A stretch of 64,000 bases of DNA, from IMG/VR virus record IMGVR_UViG_3300022890_000011, positions 102,602 through 166,601 of that record; one strand, given 5' to 3'. This document shows, in pieces, positions 29,291-40,500 of this stretch (positions within the stretch are counted from its first letter, which is position 1; the number at the start of each line of letters is the position of its first letter). A program made the translations under genes and the position numbers. The DNA is from a virus. The notes below the pieces were generated by a model that was given only the letters and a program-made list of their open reading frames with translations, was not told the DNA's origin and ran no database searches.

Positions 29291-29836
29291 ATGTTTAAGA
29301 AAATTAATTTTAATGCACCAGTAACGCTGAGTTTCTCGGCACTTGCAGCCATAATACTCATGGCTAGTAAGTTTTTGGTTCCCCTATTGATGGGTATACC
29401 AGGTTTTGAGTATATATTGTACCCTTTGGTACATGCAGATTTTGGACACCTATTTGGCAACCTAACATTTTTATTGTTATTGGGGCCTATGATTGAAGAA
29501 AAATATAGTAGTAGAATGACATTATTGATGATAGCCGTCACAACGTTAATAACAGGTGGTATAAATATGTTATTTTTAGGAGATATGATAATTGGTGCGA
29601 GTGGAATTGTGTTTATGATGATAATGTTAGCATCACTGGGAGGTGGCCGAGAAGGAACCATACCTGTAACTTTTTTATTAATCTTCGGATTATATATTGG
29701 TCAAGAAGTTTGGTCAGGTTTTCAAGCCGATAATATTTCACAATTTGGTCATATTGTAGGAGGAATATGTGGTAGTATATTTGGATTGGTTTTAAATAAA
29801 GTTTGGAAAAAGAAAACAACAATAAGTAATAAATAA
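29291..29836 (+). CDS. Rhomboid intramembrane serine protease
   Basis: H....HL.GN, GASG, S..GH..G; multiple TM segments; start ATG 29291. Confidence 0.9.
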   Translation: MFKKINFNAPVTLSFSALAAIILMASKFLVPLLMGIPGFEYILYPLVHADFGHLFGNLTFLLLLGPMIEEKYSSRMTLLMIAVTTLITGGINMLFLGDMIIGASGIVFMMIMLASLGGGREGTIPVTFLLIFGLYIGQEVWSGFQADNISQFGHIVGGICGSIFGLVLNKVWKKKTTISNK

Positions 29837-29849
29837 AATATAAAAGATT

Positions 29850-30035
29850 ATGAAATGTAAAATTTTTAAAAATAGTGATATTATGAAATTAGAGCAAGCT
29901 ATTACAACTTTCTTATCAAAAGATGAAGTTAAGTTTGTTAAAATTAAATATTCTTCTCATGCAATAACTAATGATTCAGGTACTAGTAAATCAGAAAAGG
30001 ATATTTTCACGGCTCTGATTTTGTATAACGAATAA
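29850..30035 (+). CDS. Small hypothetical protein
   Basis: ORF. Confidence 0.55.
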   Translation: MKCKIFKNSDIMKLEQAITTFLSKDEVKFVKIKYSSHAITNDSGTSKSEKDIFTALILYNE

Positions 30036-30539
30036 ATGAAAGAATATTCAGAACATAGGAACCATAAAGGTGATTTACATCGTGTAGTTTTGCCTGCTAT
30101 AGATTTTCCTCATTGTCAAGAATGGTGGATAAATGGAAAGAGACACCGTGATTGTAAACCTGCTGTAATTGAAATATATCCTGATGGAAGTATTAAGAAA
30201 GAAGAATGGTGGTTTAGTGGAAAATTGCATAGAATAGATGGACCTGCGATCATTGAATATGGTCGCGATGGCGAACATTATGTAAGAATGTGGTTAGTTG
30301 AAGGTAGATTACACAATGATTGTAATCCTGCCGTATTATATGGTGATGGAAAACAAATGTGGTATTGGGAAGGAAAGAGACACCGTGATGATGGAAACCC
30401 TGCTATTATAAATGGGCCTAACGATTATGAGTATTGGTTTTATGGTAAAAAGGTTGAAAAAGATAGTTATGAATTTAAACAGGGAATGAGAAAATCACGA
30501 AAGCGTAAATTAGAGAGAGTAAAAGGGAATGGACAATAA
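30036..30539 (+). CDS. LHRxDGPA repeat (MORN/YwqK-like) protein with RKRKLERV tail
   Basis: Repeats W...G(K/R)(L/R)HR.DG.PA. Confidence 0.75.
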   Translation: MKEYSEHRNHKGDLHRVVLPAIDFPHCQEWWINGKRHRDCKPAVIEIYPDGSIKKEEWWFSGKLHRIDGPAIIEYGRDGEHYVRMWLVEGRLHNDCNPAVLYGDGKQMWYWEGKRHRDDGNPAIINGPNDYEYWFYGKKVEKDSYEFKQGMRKSRKRKLERVKGNGQ

Positions 30540-30819
30540 TATTTATATAGATGTGGATGAAATAATGAAATTACCTGATAGTAGCATTAAAGATCCGGAA
30601 ACCATTCGTCAAATATCAATGTATTCGATTGAGAATAATGACAAAGAAATTATTAAAAAGATTGATAAAAGGTTTGAGGTTTGTGGTTTATATCCATATA
30701 TTATGCAAAAACTTGATATATTGCCTGAGGATATGTCTGATGAACAAATAAGTTATATGCAAAAAATATCAGAACAATTAAGAAAAAATTTTAAAGAACC
30801 TAAAAATAAACAGAAATGA
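30529..30819 (+). CDS. Hypothetical protein
   Basis: ORF. Confidence 0.55.
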   Translation: MDNNIYIDVDEIMKLPDSSIKDPETIRQISMYSIENNDKEIIKKIDKRFEVCGLYPYIMQKLDILPEDMSDEQISYMQKISEQLRKNFKEPKNKQK

Positions 30820-31172
30820 TAACATTATTAATAATACATTTTTTGATTGGATATTTCGTTAACCGACCATTTTATAAATGGCAGAATTGCAATAGGCATT
30901 TTAAAGATGAACAAAGAAGAAACATCGTTATACTAGTACTTGGTGGCATATTTTTAACTGCTATTATTTTAGCCGTTGTCGGATTTGATTTAATATCTGA
31001 TTTTAAGACTTTTAAAGAGGATTTTAAAAAAATCAAAGAATATCACAAACAAAGAAAAGAAGATAGTAAAAACTCATATTATAATGATTGGAGAGAAAAT
31101 CTTAAAGGTCATAAGAAATATGTAGAAGAAAACGATTATATAACAAATAATTATAGAGATGAGTTTAAATAA
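30816..31172 (+). CDS. Membrane protein
   Basis: Two hydrophobic segments. Confidence 0.55.
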   Translation: MITLLIIHFLIGYFVNRPFYKWQNCNRHFKDEQRRNIVILVLGGIFLTAIILAVVGFDLISDFKTFKEDFKKIKEYHKQRKEDSKNSYYNDWRENLKGHKKYVEENDYITNNYRDEFK

Positions 31173-31395
31173 ACAAGAAACAGAATTTATAATGTTAGAT
31201 AATGACAATCATCATAGATATATTAAAATTGATGATATAAGTTATTTTAGAATTAGTAAAACTGGAAGAGAAGAAACTGAAATATTTATTATCTTAAAAG
31301 GTCGAACTAATGCGTTAAATTTCCATATTGAATCCAGTAAAGCAATATCATTAGAAGAGTATTTAAAAGATAGATTAGAAATTAAACAATTTTAA
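31159..31395 (+). CDS. Hypothetical protein
   Basis: ORF. Confidence 0.55.
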   Translation: MSLNKQETEFIMLDNDNHHRYIKIDDISYFRISKTGREETEIFIILKGRTNALNFHIESSKAISLEEYLKDRLEIKQF

Positions 31396-32466
31396 ATGAA
31401 ATCAATACAATACATGGGTAGTAAGAAAAAACTACTCGATCACATTTCAAATATAATAAAAGAATTGCCAGTGTATACTGTATTTGACGGTTTTAGTGGT
31501 TCTGTTAGAGTATCAGAACATCTTAAAAAAGACTATATAGTACATTCTAATGATAAACAATATTTTTCTGAATGTCTTGCAAAATGTTATTTATTGAACA
31601 CTAGAAGTAAGGTTTATTATAAGAAATTTATAGATGAATTAAATTCATTAAAAGGTTATCATGGGTGGTATTCTAAACATTATGGTGGTGTTGTTACTAC
31701 AAGTGAAAAGGGAGACGCCATACAAAGTGATGATAAGAAAAGAATATGGCAAATACATAATGCTATTAGGGTAGATGCCATTAGAGACAAAATTGAAAGT
31801 TATGATATAGATGATATAGAAAAATCTGTTTTACTAACTTCTCTTATAGAAGGCTTGAATAAGGTTTCGAGTGTTGTTGGACATCAAAATGGATATTTAA
31901 AGAATTGGTCTAAAAACTCATATAACAATTTTGTTATGGAGATGCCAGAATTTTGTGTTGATGGTGAATCTCATGAAGTTTATAGGGATGATATTTTTAA
32001 TATATTACCACATATTAAATGTGATCTCGCATATTACGATCCACCTTATGGTACCATCAACAAAAATCTCGTAGTTGCTACAAGATATACCGCATTTTAT
32101 CATTTATGGAATACGTTGGTTTTAAATGATAAACCTGATCTTTTTGGTAAAGCTAATAGGAGATTAGATAGTAAGAAGAATACTGATGATTTTGAAAGAA
32201 ATAAGATAGAGATTATTCTACCTTTATTTGAGAGGTTGTTTAAGGAAACTAATTCTAAATATATTTTATTATCTTATTCTAATAAGAGTTTAGTAAGTAA
32301 AGATCAATTTGAAGAAATCTTCAATAGATTGAATTATAAATATACTTTCAATGAAATTGAACACAAAGATAACACACAATCTACTAGTGCTTCTAAGGAT
32401 AGAAAATGGGTTGATTATGACGAAAACATAAAGTTAAAAGAGTACTTAATATTAATAGAGAAATAA
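31396..32466 (+). CDS. DNA adenine methyltransferase (D12 class)
   Basis: YMGSK, FDGFSGS, ND, YYDPPY, LSYS. Confidence 0.9.
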   Translation: MKSIQYMGSKKKLLDHISNIIKELPVYTVFDGFSGSVRVSEHLKKDYIVHSNDKQYFSECLAKCYLLNTRSKVYYKKFIDELNSLKGYHGWYSKHYGGVVTTSEKGDAIQSDDKKRIWQIHNAIRVDAIRDKIESYDIDDIEKSVLLTSLIEGLNKVSSVVGHQNGYLKNWSKNSYNNFVMEMPEFCVDGESHEVYRDDIFNILPHIKCDLAYYDPPYGTINKNLVVATRYTAFYHLWNTLVLNDKPDLFGKANRRLDSKKNTDDFERNKIEIILPLFERLFKETNSKYILLSYSNKSLVSKDQFEEIFNRLNYKYTFNEIEHKDNTQSTSASKDRKWVDYDENIKLKEYLILIEK

Positions 32467-33380
32467 TGGAAGAAAAATTAAAGATACTAAAAAAATGCGT
32501 TTGTCAAGATGGTGAACCTATTATACCTAAAGGTTACAGTGATGAAGAAGTTATGGAAAATCTATACACTTTATTTAACCAAAATCCTATTTCAGAAACA
32601 TTTTTTGATGATTTATATGAGGATTATATTAAAAGAGTTGATATCTCTAAATCTAATAGTGAAATCACAAAAGAAATTAAAGGTGAAATCTATAAAAAAT
32701 TAGGTTGGGATAAACTTAAACCATTTACTATAGTTTTAGATTATGTTGGTTGGGCTTTTGAGACAAAACATATTGCTAGTGAGGCACATAAGAAAAATGG
32801 TGCTATTGGTTTGGTAGATTTTTTCGGTAAAGGTTTCAATACTGATAATTTGAATATTGAGTATAAAATTAGTGTTTGTATTGCGAACATATTTTCTCAA
32901 ATTAATTTAAAACGCGATAAATTAAAATCAAAATCAGAAAAGATAGAACCTTCTAAGTTTAATTCACTTAAAGAAATTGATAAATACTTTGATGTTAGTA
33001 AAGAAATAAAGAAATTCTACAAGGATTCAAATAGATTATTTGAAGAACGTGAACAAGTTTTTAATAAATATGGTGAAACATCTGGTTCTATTCATAGTCC
33101 TATAGACAAAGACCTCAGTAAGATTTTTGATATTTATTGTGAATCTGATTATATTGATAGACACCAAACAGTTGGTTGTGATTATGTTATAAATTCCTGG
33201 ATTGAAAACTTACAATATGATAGATGTAGGATAGATTATTCTGAAAATCAATATCATCCAACAATATCAAAAACAAAAAGAAATTATAAACCTAGTGGTG
33301 CTGCTATTAAAAGGTTATATCAATATTATATGAACAAGGTTATGTTTGAAGAAGTAGCATCATTTGAGTTTGATTGGTAA
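32466..33380 (+). CDS. Hypothetical protein
   Basis: ORF. Confidence 0.65.
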   Translation: MEEKLKILKKCVCQDGEPIIPKGYSDEEVMENLYTLFNQNPISETFFDDLYEDYIKRVDISKSNSEITKEIKGEIYKKLGWDKLKPFTIVLDYVGWAFETKHIASEAHKKNGAIGLVDFFGKGFNTDNLNIEYKISVCIANIFSQINLKRDKLKSKSEKIEPSKFNSLKEIDKYFDVSKEIKKFYKDSNRLFEEREQVFNKYGETSGSIHSPIDKDLSKIFDIYCESDYIDRHQTVGCDYVINSWIENLQYDRCRIDYSENQYHPTISKTKRNYKPSGAAIKRLYQYYMNKVMFEEVASFEFDW

Positions 33381-33395
33381 TAGAAAGGTATAAAA

Positions 33396-33824
33396 ATGGA
33401 TGTAGATAAAATAAAAGAGTGGTTAGATTCACCAGAAGGTAAAAAAGATTTTAAGGAATATATGCTTAAGGCGACTAATAAAGACGAACATAGTCAAAAA
33501 AGGTTTCTTAGAGTTGAAAAATATTTAGAAAATTGTGATTTTGATTCTTTAATGGAAAGATTGAAAGATGAACATGGTGATGAATATCGTGATAAATGTT
33601 ATAAGAAAGGATATGAACCTTATAATAATAGAAAATTAAGTCTTTTAATAAAATGGATATGTGACAGATTTGAATCAATAGAAATATCTAAATTAGACTC
33701 AATGTTTTTAGCTGAGACTTATGTATATAAAAGTTACGTGTTCCAATTATTCCAGGGACAAGGATGTTTTTGGAGAGTATCTAAGAGGGTTGGTGATAGT
33801 TATGAATCATTTTTCCAAGTTTAA
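33396..33824 (+). CDS. Conserved phage hypothetical protein (C-terminal GQG)
   Basis: ORF. Confidence 0.6.
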   Translation: MDVDKIKEWLDSPEGKKDFKEYMLKATNKDEHSQKRFLRVEKYLENCDFDSLMERLKDEHGDEYRDKCYKKGYEPYNNRKLSLLIKWICDRFESIEISKLDSMFLAETYVYKSYVFQLFQGQGCFWRVSKRVGDSYESFFQV

Positions 33825-34150
33825 ATTAACCCCAATTTATTACCTTGAATTATACTTAACATACCTTCCACATCACTATCATCAAAATCTATGTGTATAA
33901 CATCAGGCCATTTTTTAGTATGATGTATCCATGCGTATGCCTCTGATTTACCAGCCGAATTCTTATTGAATATATAAACATACAATTCACCAAATTTATC
34001 AAAGAATTGGTGCATTGTGGGTGGTATATTTAGATTACAACCGACCTTTTCTAGATTTATTTTTAATTCTTGTAGTTGTTCTAAGTTATGTGTAATTACA
34101 CAAAATTGAGCATTAGAATCTTTTTCATTATATGTTTTTAAATACTTCAT
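33821..34150 (-). CDS. MKYLKTYNE...GNKLGLI tagged protein
   Basis: Carries both terminal tags; last gene of the fibre operon. Confidence 0.75.
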   Translation of the reverse strand: MKYLKTYNEKDSNAQFCVITHNLEQLQELKINLEKVGCNLNIPPTMHQFFDKFGELYVYIFNKNSAGKSEAYAWIHHTKKWPDVIHIDFDDSDVEGMLSIIQGNKLGLI

Positions 34151-34488
34151 TAAATATCATCAAAGATTTTTCCACTCCAACCGTCAATTGTTTCAAGTTG
34201 AGTTTTTAATTTACCATAAAATACCACAAATATATCATCTTCAGTTAATTCCTCGTCTGTACATGCGATACTATAGTTATTTGTTATTTCACTACATTTA
34301 ATTGAATCGAAATTTAATTCTCTATCTTCTTTTGATTTGTATAATGTCAGACTTAATTTGATATTATTCTGATCTTTAATTTTATAATATTCTGTGATAT
34401 GACAATATCCACTGTTTGTTGTAAACCCACCGTTTACATTTAAAGTTATACCATTTTCCGTGGTGCTGTTTCCCATAAAAAGTCCCAT
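34150..34488 (-). CDS. Tail-fibre-associated small protein
   Basis: Position downstream of fibre genes; LY.SKE.R and Y..LK patterns. Confidence 0.5.
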   Translation of the reverse strand: MGLFMGNSTTENGITLNVNGGFTTNSGYCHITEYYKIKDQNNIKLSLTLYKSKEDRELNFDSIKCSEITNNYSIACTDEELTEDDIFVVFYGKLKTQLETIDGWSGKIFDDI

Positions 34489-34505
34489 TATTTATTTTTA
34501 TTTTT

Positions 34506-36011
34506 TTAGAAATTTTCTAATATATACCAAGTTTTTTCATCACTACAAACTTTAATTGATTCTCCTGCTAAAATATCAACATCAGTAACACCATCTATTA
34601 GATCTACTGATTGAAGTGAGACGACATTTGATTCTGATATATTCTTTACTATATATACATGTCCTGAAATTCTATTTGATGGTAAAGTTATTGTTAATGT
34701 CTCCTCGGATGAAGAAGCTATTATGATATAATCACTTTCGTTTTCTGTGCTACCAATAGTATAATCGGCAACAATACTTCTGTTTTTGTGAATAATTCCT
34801 CCATTTGAAATATCAAAATTTCTACCTGTGTCTTTTAAAGTTACTTCACCTAAATAAACAGTTGATCCACTTACCACGACATCATCACAAGAAATAGTTG
34901 TAGCTGTTAAATTACCTGTAACATCTATATCATTGTCTATCACAACATCACCTAAAGTATTAACTGTGAATATTTCATCATCATTAGAATTAGTTAAGAT
35001 TAAAGGATAATATACCCCTAAAGTATCTTCACCCTTTACATGTATTGTAGAATCAATAGAAGCCGTTCTAATTCCCCATTGGCCTTGACTATTTCTACTT
35101 CCATCTCCACCTGTAATCCAGGTAGTGGGTTCGCTAGAATTGGATCCGAAAGCTGTTGAAAAATGTATATCATTATTTTGAAGTAAAGTACCTCCGCTAT
35201 TTATGCCGAAACCTATTATACCACCGTAGCCTATGTCATTTCTAGTATACATACCCAAAGTAAAACTTTTAGTTTGGTTGTTAGCTCTCCAATTTTGATT
35301 GGATATACCCACATCTAATAATTCTTTTCCATATCTAGCATAATTACTTATTCCTAAGGAAAATCTTCTAGAACCTGAAGTGGAATTAGGTAAAGTTGTT
35401 CCACTATAACCAAAGTTTAAATCAACGTAACCAGATTGTAAAGATTTTCCAAAAGATGTAGTATGGCCTACAGATGTTATATTATCTCCATAATAATTGG
35501 CCTTGACTATTGTTCCTGCATCGGATAAATTATTTCCTGTCCAAATTCCTACCCCTCCGGCATGGTTGGCGCCGATAGACATTTTTAATTTAGTATTAAG
35601 GTCCTGTATAATATTATATCCAATGCAGAAGTCCCATTGACAACCACCAACAACACTATTTACTGCTATAATATGTCCTGGGTTATAAACGATTGTTACT
35701 GCTGTTAGTGCTCTAAAAATTCCATCATTCCAATAAAAACCAGAACTACCAGTTATTTGACTGTCATCATTACCATAAGCTATTTGATTGTCTGTAAGAT
35801 CACCTGAATAAATTGAAGTGGAAGCACTTAAGAAAGCATTTTCATATTGACTTGGTGTATATTTATCATTAACATTCCAAGTACCACTCTCATTTTTATA
35901 ATGTAAATCTTTATCGGAAGATAAAACGTAGAGTGAACCATGACCACCATAAACAATAGGTTCATATGTTTCTTTTAATTGTAAATAATCTTGTATTCTA
36001 AAATAACTCAT
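34506..36011 (-). CDS. Tail fibre/virion protein, paralogue of 36037-37554
   Basis: Gly/Ser/Thr-rich; C-terminal LTITLP...G.VYIVKN...IDG...W domain. Confidence 0.7.
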   Translation of the reverse strand: MSYFRIQDYLQLKETYEPIVYGGHGSLYVLSSDKDLHYKNESGTWNVNDKYTPSQYENAFLSASTSIYSGDLTDNQIAYGNDDSQITGSSGFYWNDGIFRALTAVTIVYNPGHIIAVNSVVGGCQWDFCIGYNIIQDLNTKLKMSIGANHAGGVGIWTGNNLSDAGTIVKANYYGDNITSVGHTTSFGKSLQSGYVDLNFGYSGTTLPNSTSGSRRFSLGISNYARYGKELLDVGISNQNWRANNQTKSFTLGMYTRNDIGYGGIIGFGINSGGTLLQNNDIHFSTAFGSNSSEPTTWITGGDGSRNSQGQWGIRTASIDSTIHVKGEDTLGVYYPLILTNSNDDEIFTVNTLGDVVIDNDIDVTGNLTATTISCDDVVVSGSTVYLGEVTLKDTGRNFDISNGGIIHKNRSIVADYTIGSTENESDYIIIASSSEETLTITLPSNRISGHVYIVKNISESNVVSLQSVDLIDGVTDVDILAGESIKVCSDEKTWYILENF

Positions 36012-36036
36012 TATATAAAATATTTTCCGTTGTGAT

Positions 36037-37554
36037 TTAAACTACTATATAATCTCCTATTATGTACCAAGTAGTACCATTATTGGTCACTGTGACAGAT
36101 GTGTTAAATGCTAATTCATAGGAAGAAGCACCATCAATATTAGCACTGGAATCAAGGTTCATTTGTGATTCAGTTTCAGATACATTTTTAATTATATAAA
36201 TTTGACCAGTTCTTAAACTAGTACCGGTTAATGTTAAAGTTACTCCATCTTCTCCAGTAAATAAAACAATCATATCTTCATCATTTGAGCCTATAGTATA
36301 ATCTAAAGTTATACCAGTTAATTTATAAATAACACCACCAGAAGATAGATCTAAATTCCTACCATTATCAGATAAAGTTAGATCTCCTAGATGTAAACTA
36401 GAACCACTAGTATATAGATCATCACAATAAACAGTAGTAGCAGTTAAACTACCTGTTACATCAACATCTCCAGCTATAAAAGTAGTACCATCATCAGTTA
36501 CGGAAAAAACCTCACTACTAGAACTATTATCTAATATTAAAACATCAGTAGCGCCAGCTGTTCCTTCTCCTTTCACATGTAAAGTTCCAGTAGGTGTATT
36601 TTCTCGAACACCAACTCTACCTTGGCTACCAACTGTACCATCTCCTCCTGTAATCCACATAGTAGGAGTATCAGAATAAGAACCAATAGCTATAGAATTA
36701 TAAGTATCATTAGTTAAAGATGTATTAGCATCCACTCCATATCCTATAATACCACAAAATTCATTAGAAGCTACTGTATAATTACCAAAACAAAAATTAA
36801 AATCAAGGTTGGTGTTTATGTTATTGTAGTAACCAAGACACATACTATAGGAACTACCACTTATAGTATTAGACACTCCAAAGACAACCCTTTTTTGAGA
36901 ATTGGTGTCATCTTGAACTAAAACATTATAAGTCCCAAAAACAACATCTTTCCATCCTAATGTATTATCAGAACCACAACAAACACATCCTCCTACTACA
37001 TCTAAAGTTTCTCCATATAAAATAGAAGTTTCACTACTATTAGATTGAGTAAAATTATATCCAACCCAAATACCACTGGCATTAGTAAAAGTATGTCCAA
37101 TTGATAATTTATATTCAGGGTGTGTTGTTTGAGTTATACTAGTACCTATCGTAATATTATAATTACTACTATTAGAATTAATCGTAGAATTATTAGCTAT
37201 AATAATAGCTTCATCACTATCATTAATAGTATTATTGTAACTAGCTCTAAAGTCACCAGTCGTAGGATTCCAAGTTAAACTACTATCACCACTTATCTTA
37301 TTAGTAGCATCGCCATAAGCAATATTATATTGATCCATTTGACCATCATAATATTCAGTACTAGCAGATAGGAAATTATTGTTAGCTTGAGTTGTACTGT
37401 AACTATCGGTTAAATTCCAAGATGTACCACTTTCATTAACATAATGAATATGTTTAGTAATATCTGAAGCATATATAGTACCATATGTTAAAGCAGTATT
37501 AACATTAGTAACATATTTCATTTGAAAACAATCTTTTAATCTAAAATATCCCAT
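36037..37554 (-). CDS. Tail fibre/virion protein
   Basis: Same architecture as its neighbour; beta-roll-like G-repeats. Confidence 0.7.
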   Translation of the reverse strand: MGYFRLKDCFQMKYVTNVNTALTYGTIYASDITKHIHYVNESGTSWNLTDSYSTTQANNNFLSASTEYYDGQMDQYNIAYGDATNKISGDSSLTWNPTTGDFRASYNNTINDSDEAIIIANNSTINSNSSNYNITIGTSITQTTHPEYKLSIGHTFTNASGIWVGYNFTQSNSSETSILYGETLDVVGGCVCCGSDNTLGWKDVVFGTYNVLVQDDTNSQKRVVFGVSNTISGSSYSMCLGYYNNINTNLDFNFCFGNYTVASNEFCGIIGYGVDANTSLTNDTYNSIAIGSYSDTPTMWITGGDGTVGSQGRVGVRENTPTGTLHVKGEGTAGATDVLILDNSSSSEVFSVTDDGTTFIAGDVDVTGSLTATTVYCDDLYTSGSSLHLGDLTLSDNGRNLDLSSGGVIYKLTGITLDYTIGSNDEDMIVLFTGEDGVTLTLTGTSLRTGQIYIIKNVSETESQMNLDSSANIDGASSYELAFNTSVTVTNNGTTWYIIGDYIVV

Positions 37555-40500
37555 TTAAGCATTATATCTTGTTTTTTCTACCCAAGTTCCACCTGAATAA
37601 ACCTCTACGACTAAATCTCTACCAGGCTCTTGGTGATCTATGCCTTGTCTCCAACTACCTTCTGTATTAGTAGGTCCCCAATAAATAAAACCATCTTCAT
37701 CTATATATACATTATCTGAAAATATAGTGGTAGCGCTCAAAGCGGTTATGTCAATATTAGTGGTTGATAGTGTTTCTGTTCCATAATCCCAAGTTAAACC
37801 GCTTTCTGATGTTGCTGTATTTCCACTACCAAACAATATTTCTTTGTCGGTAGCTGTTACACTACCACCAGAACTTCCACTATTAGTTAAATCCCATGTT
37901 GTTCCACTTTCATTCACAAAATAAATGTGACTATCATCTTCGCTAACATAAAGTCCACCATATCCTGTTTGTTCTGTTGGTGTTGCTATATGTGGAAGGA
38001 ATAAAGTGTTATGCACTTTAATAAAATCGTTGTCAAATTCACCATAAATTAAAGGAGTTGTTGTGTTTGAATTTGCGATATATAATTTGTTTGAATAATA
38101 CTCACTATATCCAGCACTATGTCCAATAAACACGTTGCCTGTTCCTCCTGTGTTTATGTATCCTGCACTTCTACCTAAATATGTATTATTATAACCTTCT
38201 TTATTAAATTTACCAGCATAAGCACCAATGAAAGTATTATCTATACCAGTACTAACATATGCAACATGTGTACCTATAAGAACACAATTATTCCCAGCAT
38301 TCTGATAGCCTGCTTGGTAACCTATTGCAACTGTGTAATCAGCGTCTGTAGTATTAGAAGTTGTACCTATAGCTACTAATCCTACACTTTCGGTACCGAT
38401 ACTACCTGCACCTGCACCAATTAACACATTATTGTTACCACTTGTTAATCTACCACCAGTACTATTTCCAATAGCAGTATTATTACCTCCTGTTAATGCG
38501 TCATCTAAAGCATTTGAACCTATAGCAACATTAGCTGTACCTGTATTGTTTGTTAGTGCTAAATAACCTATACCGACACAATAACTTTGTGTATTTGTCT
38601 TTAATGCCCGATAACCTATACCAACATTATATGTTCCACTATTCACATCTCCTGCTTCATAACCAAAATGGACATTGCCTATACCAACACCTTCTATTTC
38701 CATTAGGTTATTTGTACCATCAGAAAATAAGAAATATCCATTATCAGCAATTGTTAAAATACCATTACTTGAACTATTTTGAAATTCTAAAATGTTTGTA
38801 GAACCTGCTGCACCAGAACCTTTAGCAAAAAATGTTGTTCCATCCCAAGTTAAATTACTTGAACCAGTTATTGTATTAGAACCATTTCCAAATGCTATAT
38901 GATCTGTTTCTAAGGATATTGTATTAGCACTTAAAAAATAATCACTTGTTTGTGCAGATGTATAATAATCACTCAAATCAGTTGAACCTGTATCAGTTAA
39001 ATTAAAAGTATTTCCACTTTCATCAACAAAATATGGTAGTGCATTTATTGCATTTACATAAAACCCACCATATCCTGTTTGTTCTGTTGGTGTAGAAATT
39101 AAAGGTAAGAATAAACTATTGTGTATTCTAATATGATTACTTGAAAAATCACCATGAATTAAAGGTGTAGTAGTATTTGTATTTGCAATATAAAGTTTAC
39201 TGCTTCCTAATTCATCACTACCAGCATCATAACCAATAAAGACATTTGATGAACCAGTTGTATTGTTACCGGTATGATATCCAATTGCGGTATTTTTTTC
39301 TCCAGTCACCACGTCCTCCAATGCACCTATACCTAAAGCAACATTATATTGAGCACTTACAACTTTGTAAAGTGATCTAGTACCAATCCCTATATTATAT
39401 GAACCATCTGTACAAGCGTTTCCAGATTCTCTTCCTGTAAAAAAATTAAAGAAACCTGATCTTAAATTGGCTCCTGCATTATCTCCAATACAAATATTTT
39501 CATCACCATCAATTAAATCATAACCTGATTGGTAACCAATTAAAATGTTTTTAAATCCTTCCGTTACTTTATAACCCGCAAGATTTCCAATTAAAACATT
39601 GTTATATCCAGTTGTTATCGCCGAACCAGTATTGTGTCCTAATATAACATTATTAGCACCTGTAAAACCAACGGCATCACCTGATTTATAACCAATGGCT
39701 AAATTACTTGCACCATAACAATTTTTAAGTGAATCTGTTCCAATTCCTATACCATTGGTAGCACCTGTAGTACTTTGACCCGCACCATGACCGATATAAA
39801 TAGTCTCACTAGCAAGATTATTATATCCAGCCAAATATCCTATCGATATATTATAATCACCTGATATATTCTCGTATCCAGAAGCATAACCAAATGCAAG
39901 ATTACCAAGACCATCTGAATTTGAGTAACCTGCTTCATAACCAAAAAAATTGTTGTAATTAGCAATATTTGAATATCCTGCTTGATAACCAATAATAACA
40001 TTATTTATACCATCTACATTTGAATATCCTGCACTATTACCAATAAACGTATTATTTTCACCTCCCTCAGTATATACTCCTGCATATGCACCTATAAATG
40101 TATTTGATGCACCATCTGTAAGAGCATTTCCAGCCGCAGCACCAAAAATAGCGTTATACAATCCAGTCATTGTGAGGTTTCCAGCATTTAATCCAATTGC
40201 TGCCGATGTTGCAACACCACTTTGTATATTTAATCTACCATTAATATATAAAGATTCATCATTGTATGATAAATTACTTGAGCCACTTATTTCATTTGAA
40301 CCAGAACCGAATGCAATTTGGTCTGTAGCCAAAGATATTGTTGTCGCTGATAAAAAGTTAGCACTTGTTTGTGCAGATGTATAATAACCACTTAAATCAG
40401 TTGTTCCCGTATCAGTTAAATCCCATGTACTACCACTTTCGTTTATGAAATAAATATGACTGTTAGCTGTATCAACATATAAACCACCATAACCAACTTG

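Noticed and set aside
29119-29661. Antisense/alternate-frame ORFs (e.g. 29119-, 5765-, 40172+, 41321+, 54720-, 61895-, 1086+, 57635+)
   Set aside because: They fully overlap well-supported genes and carry no motifs.
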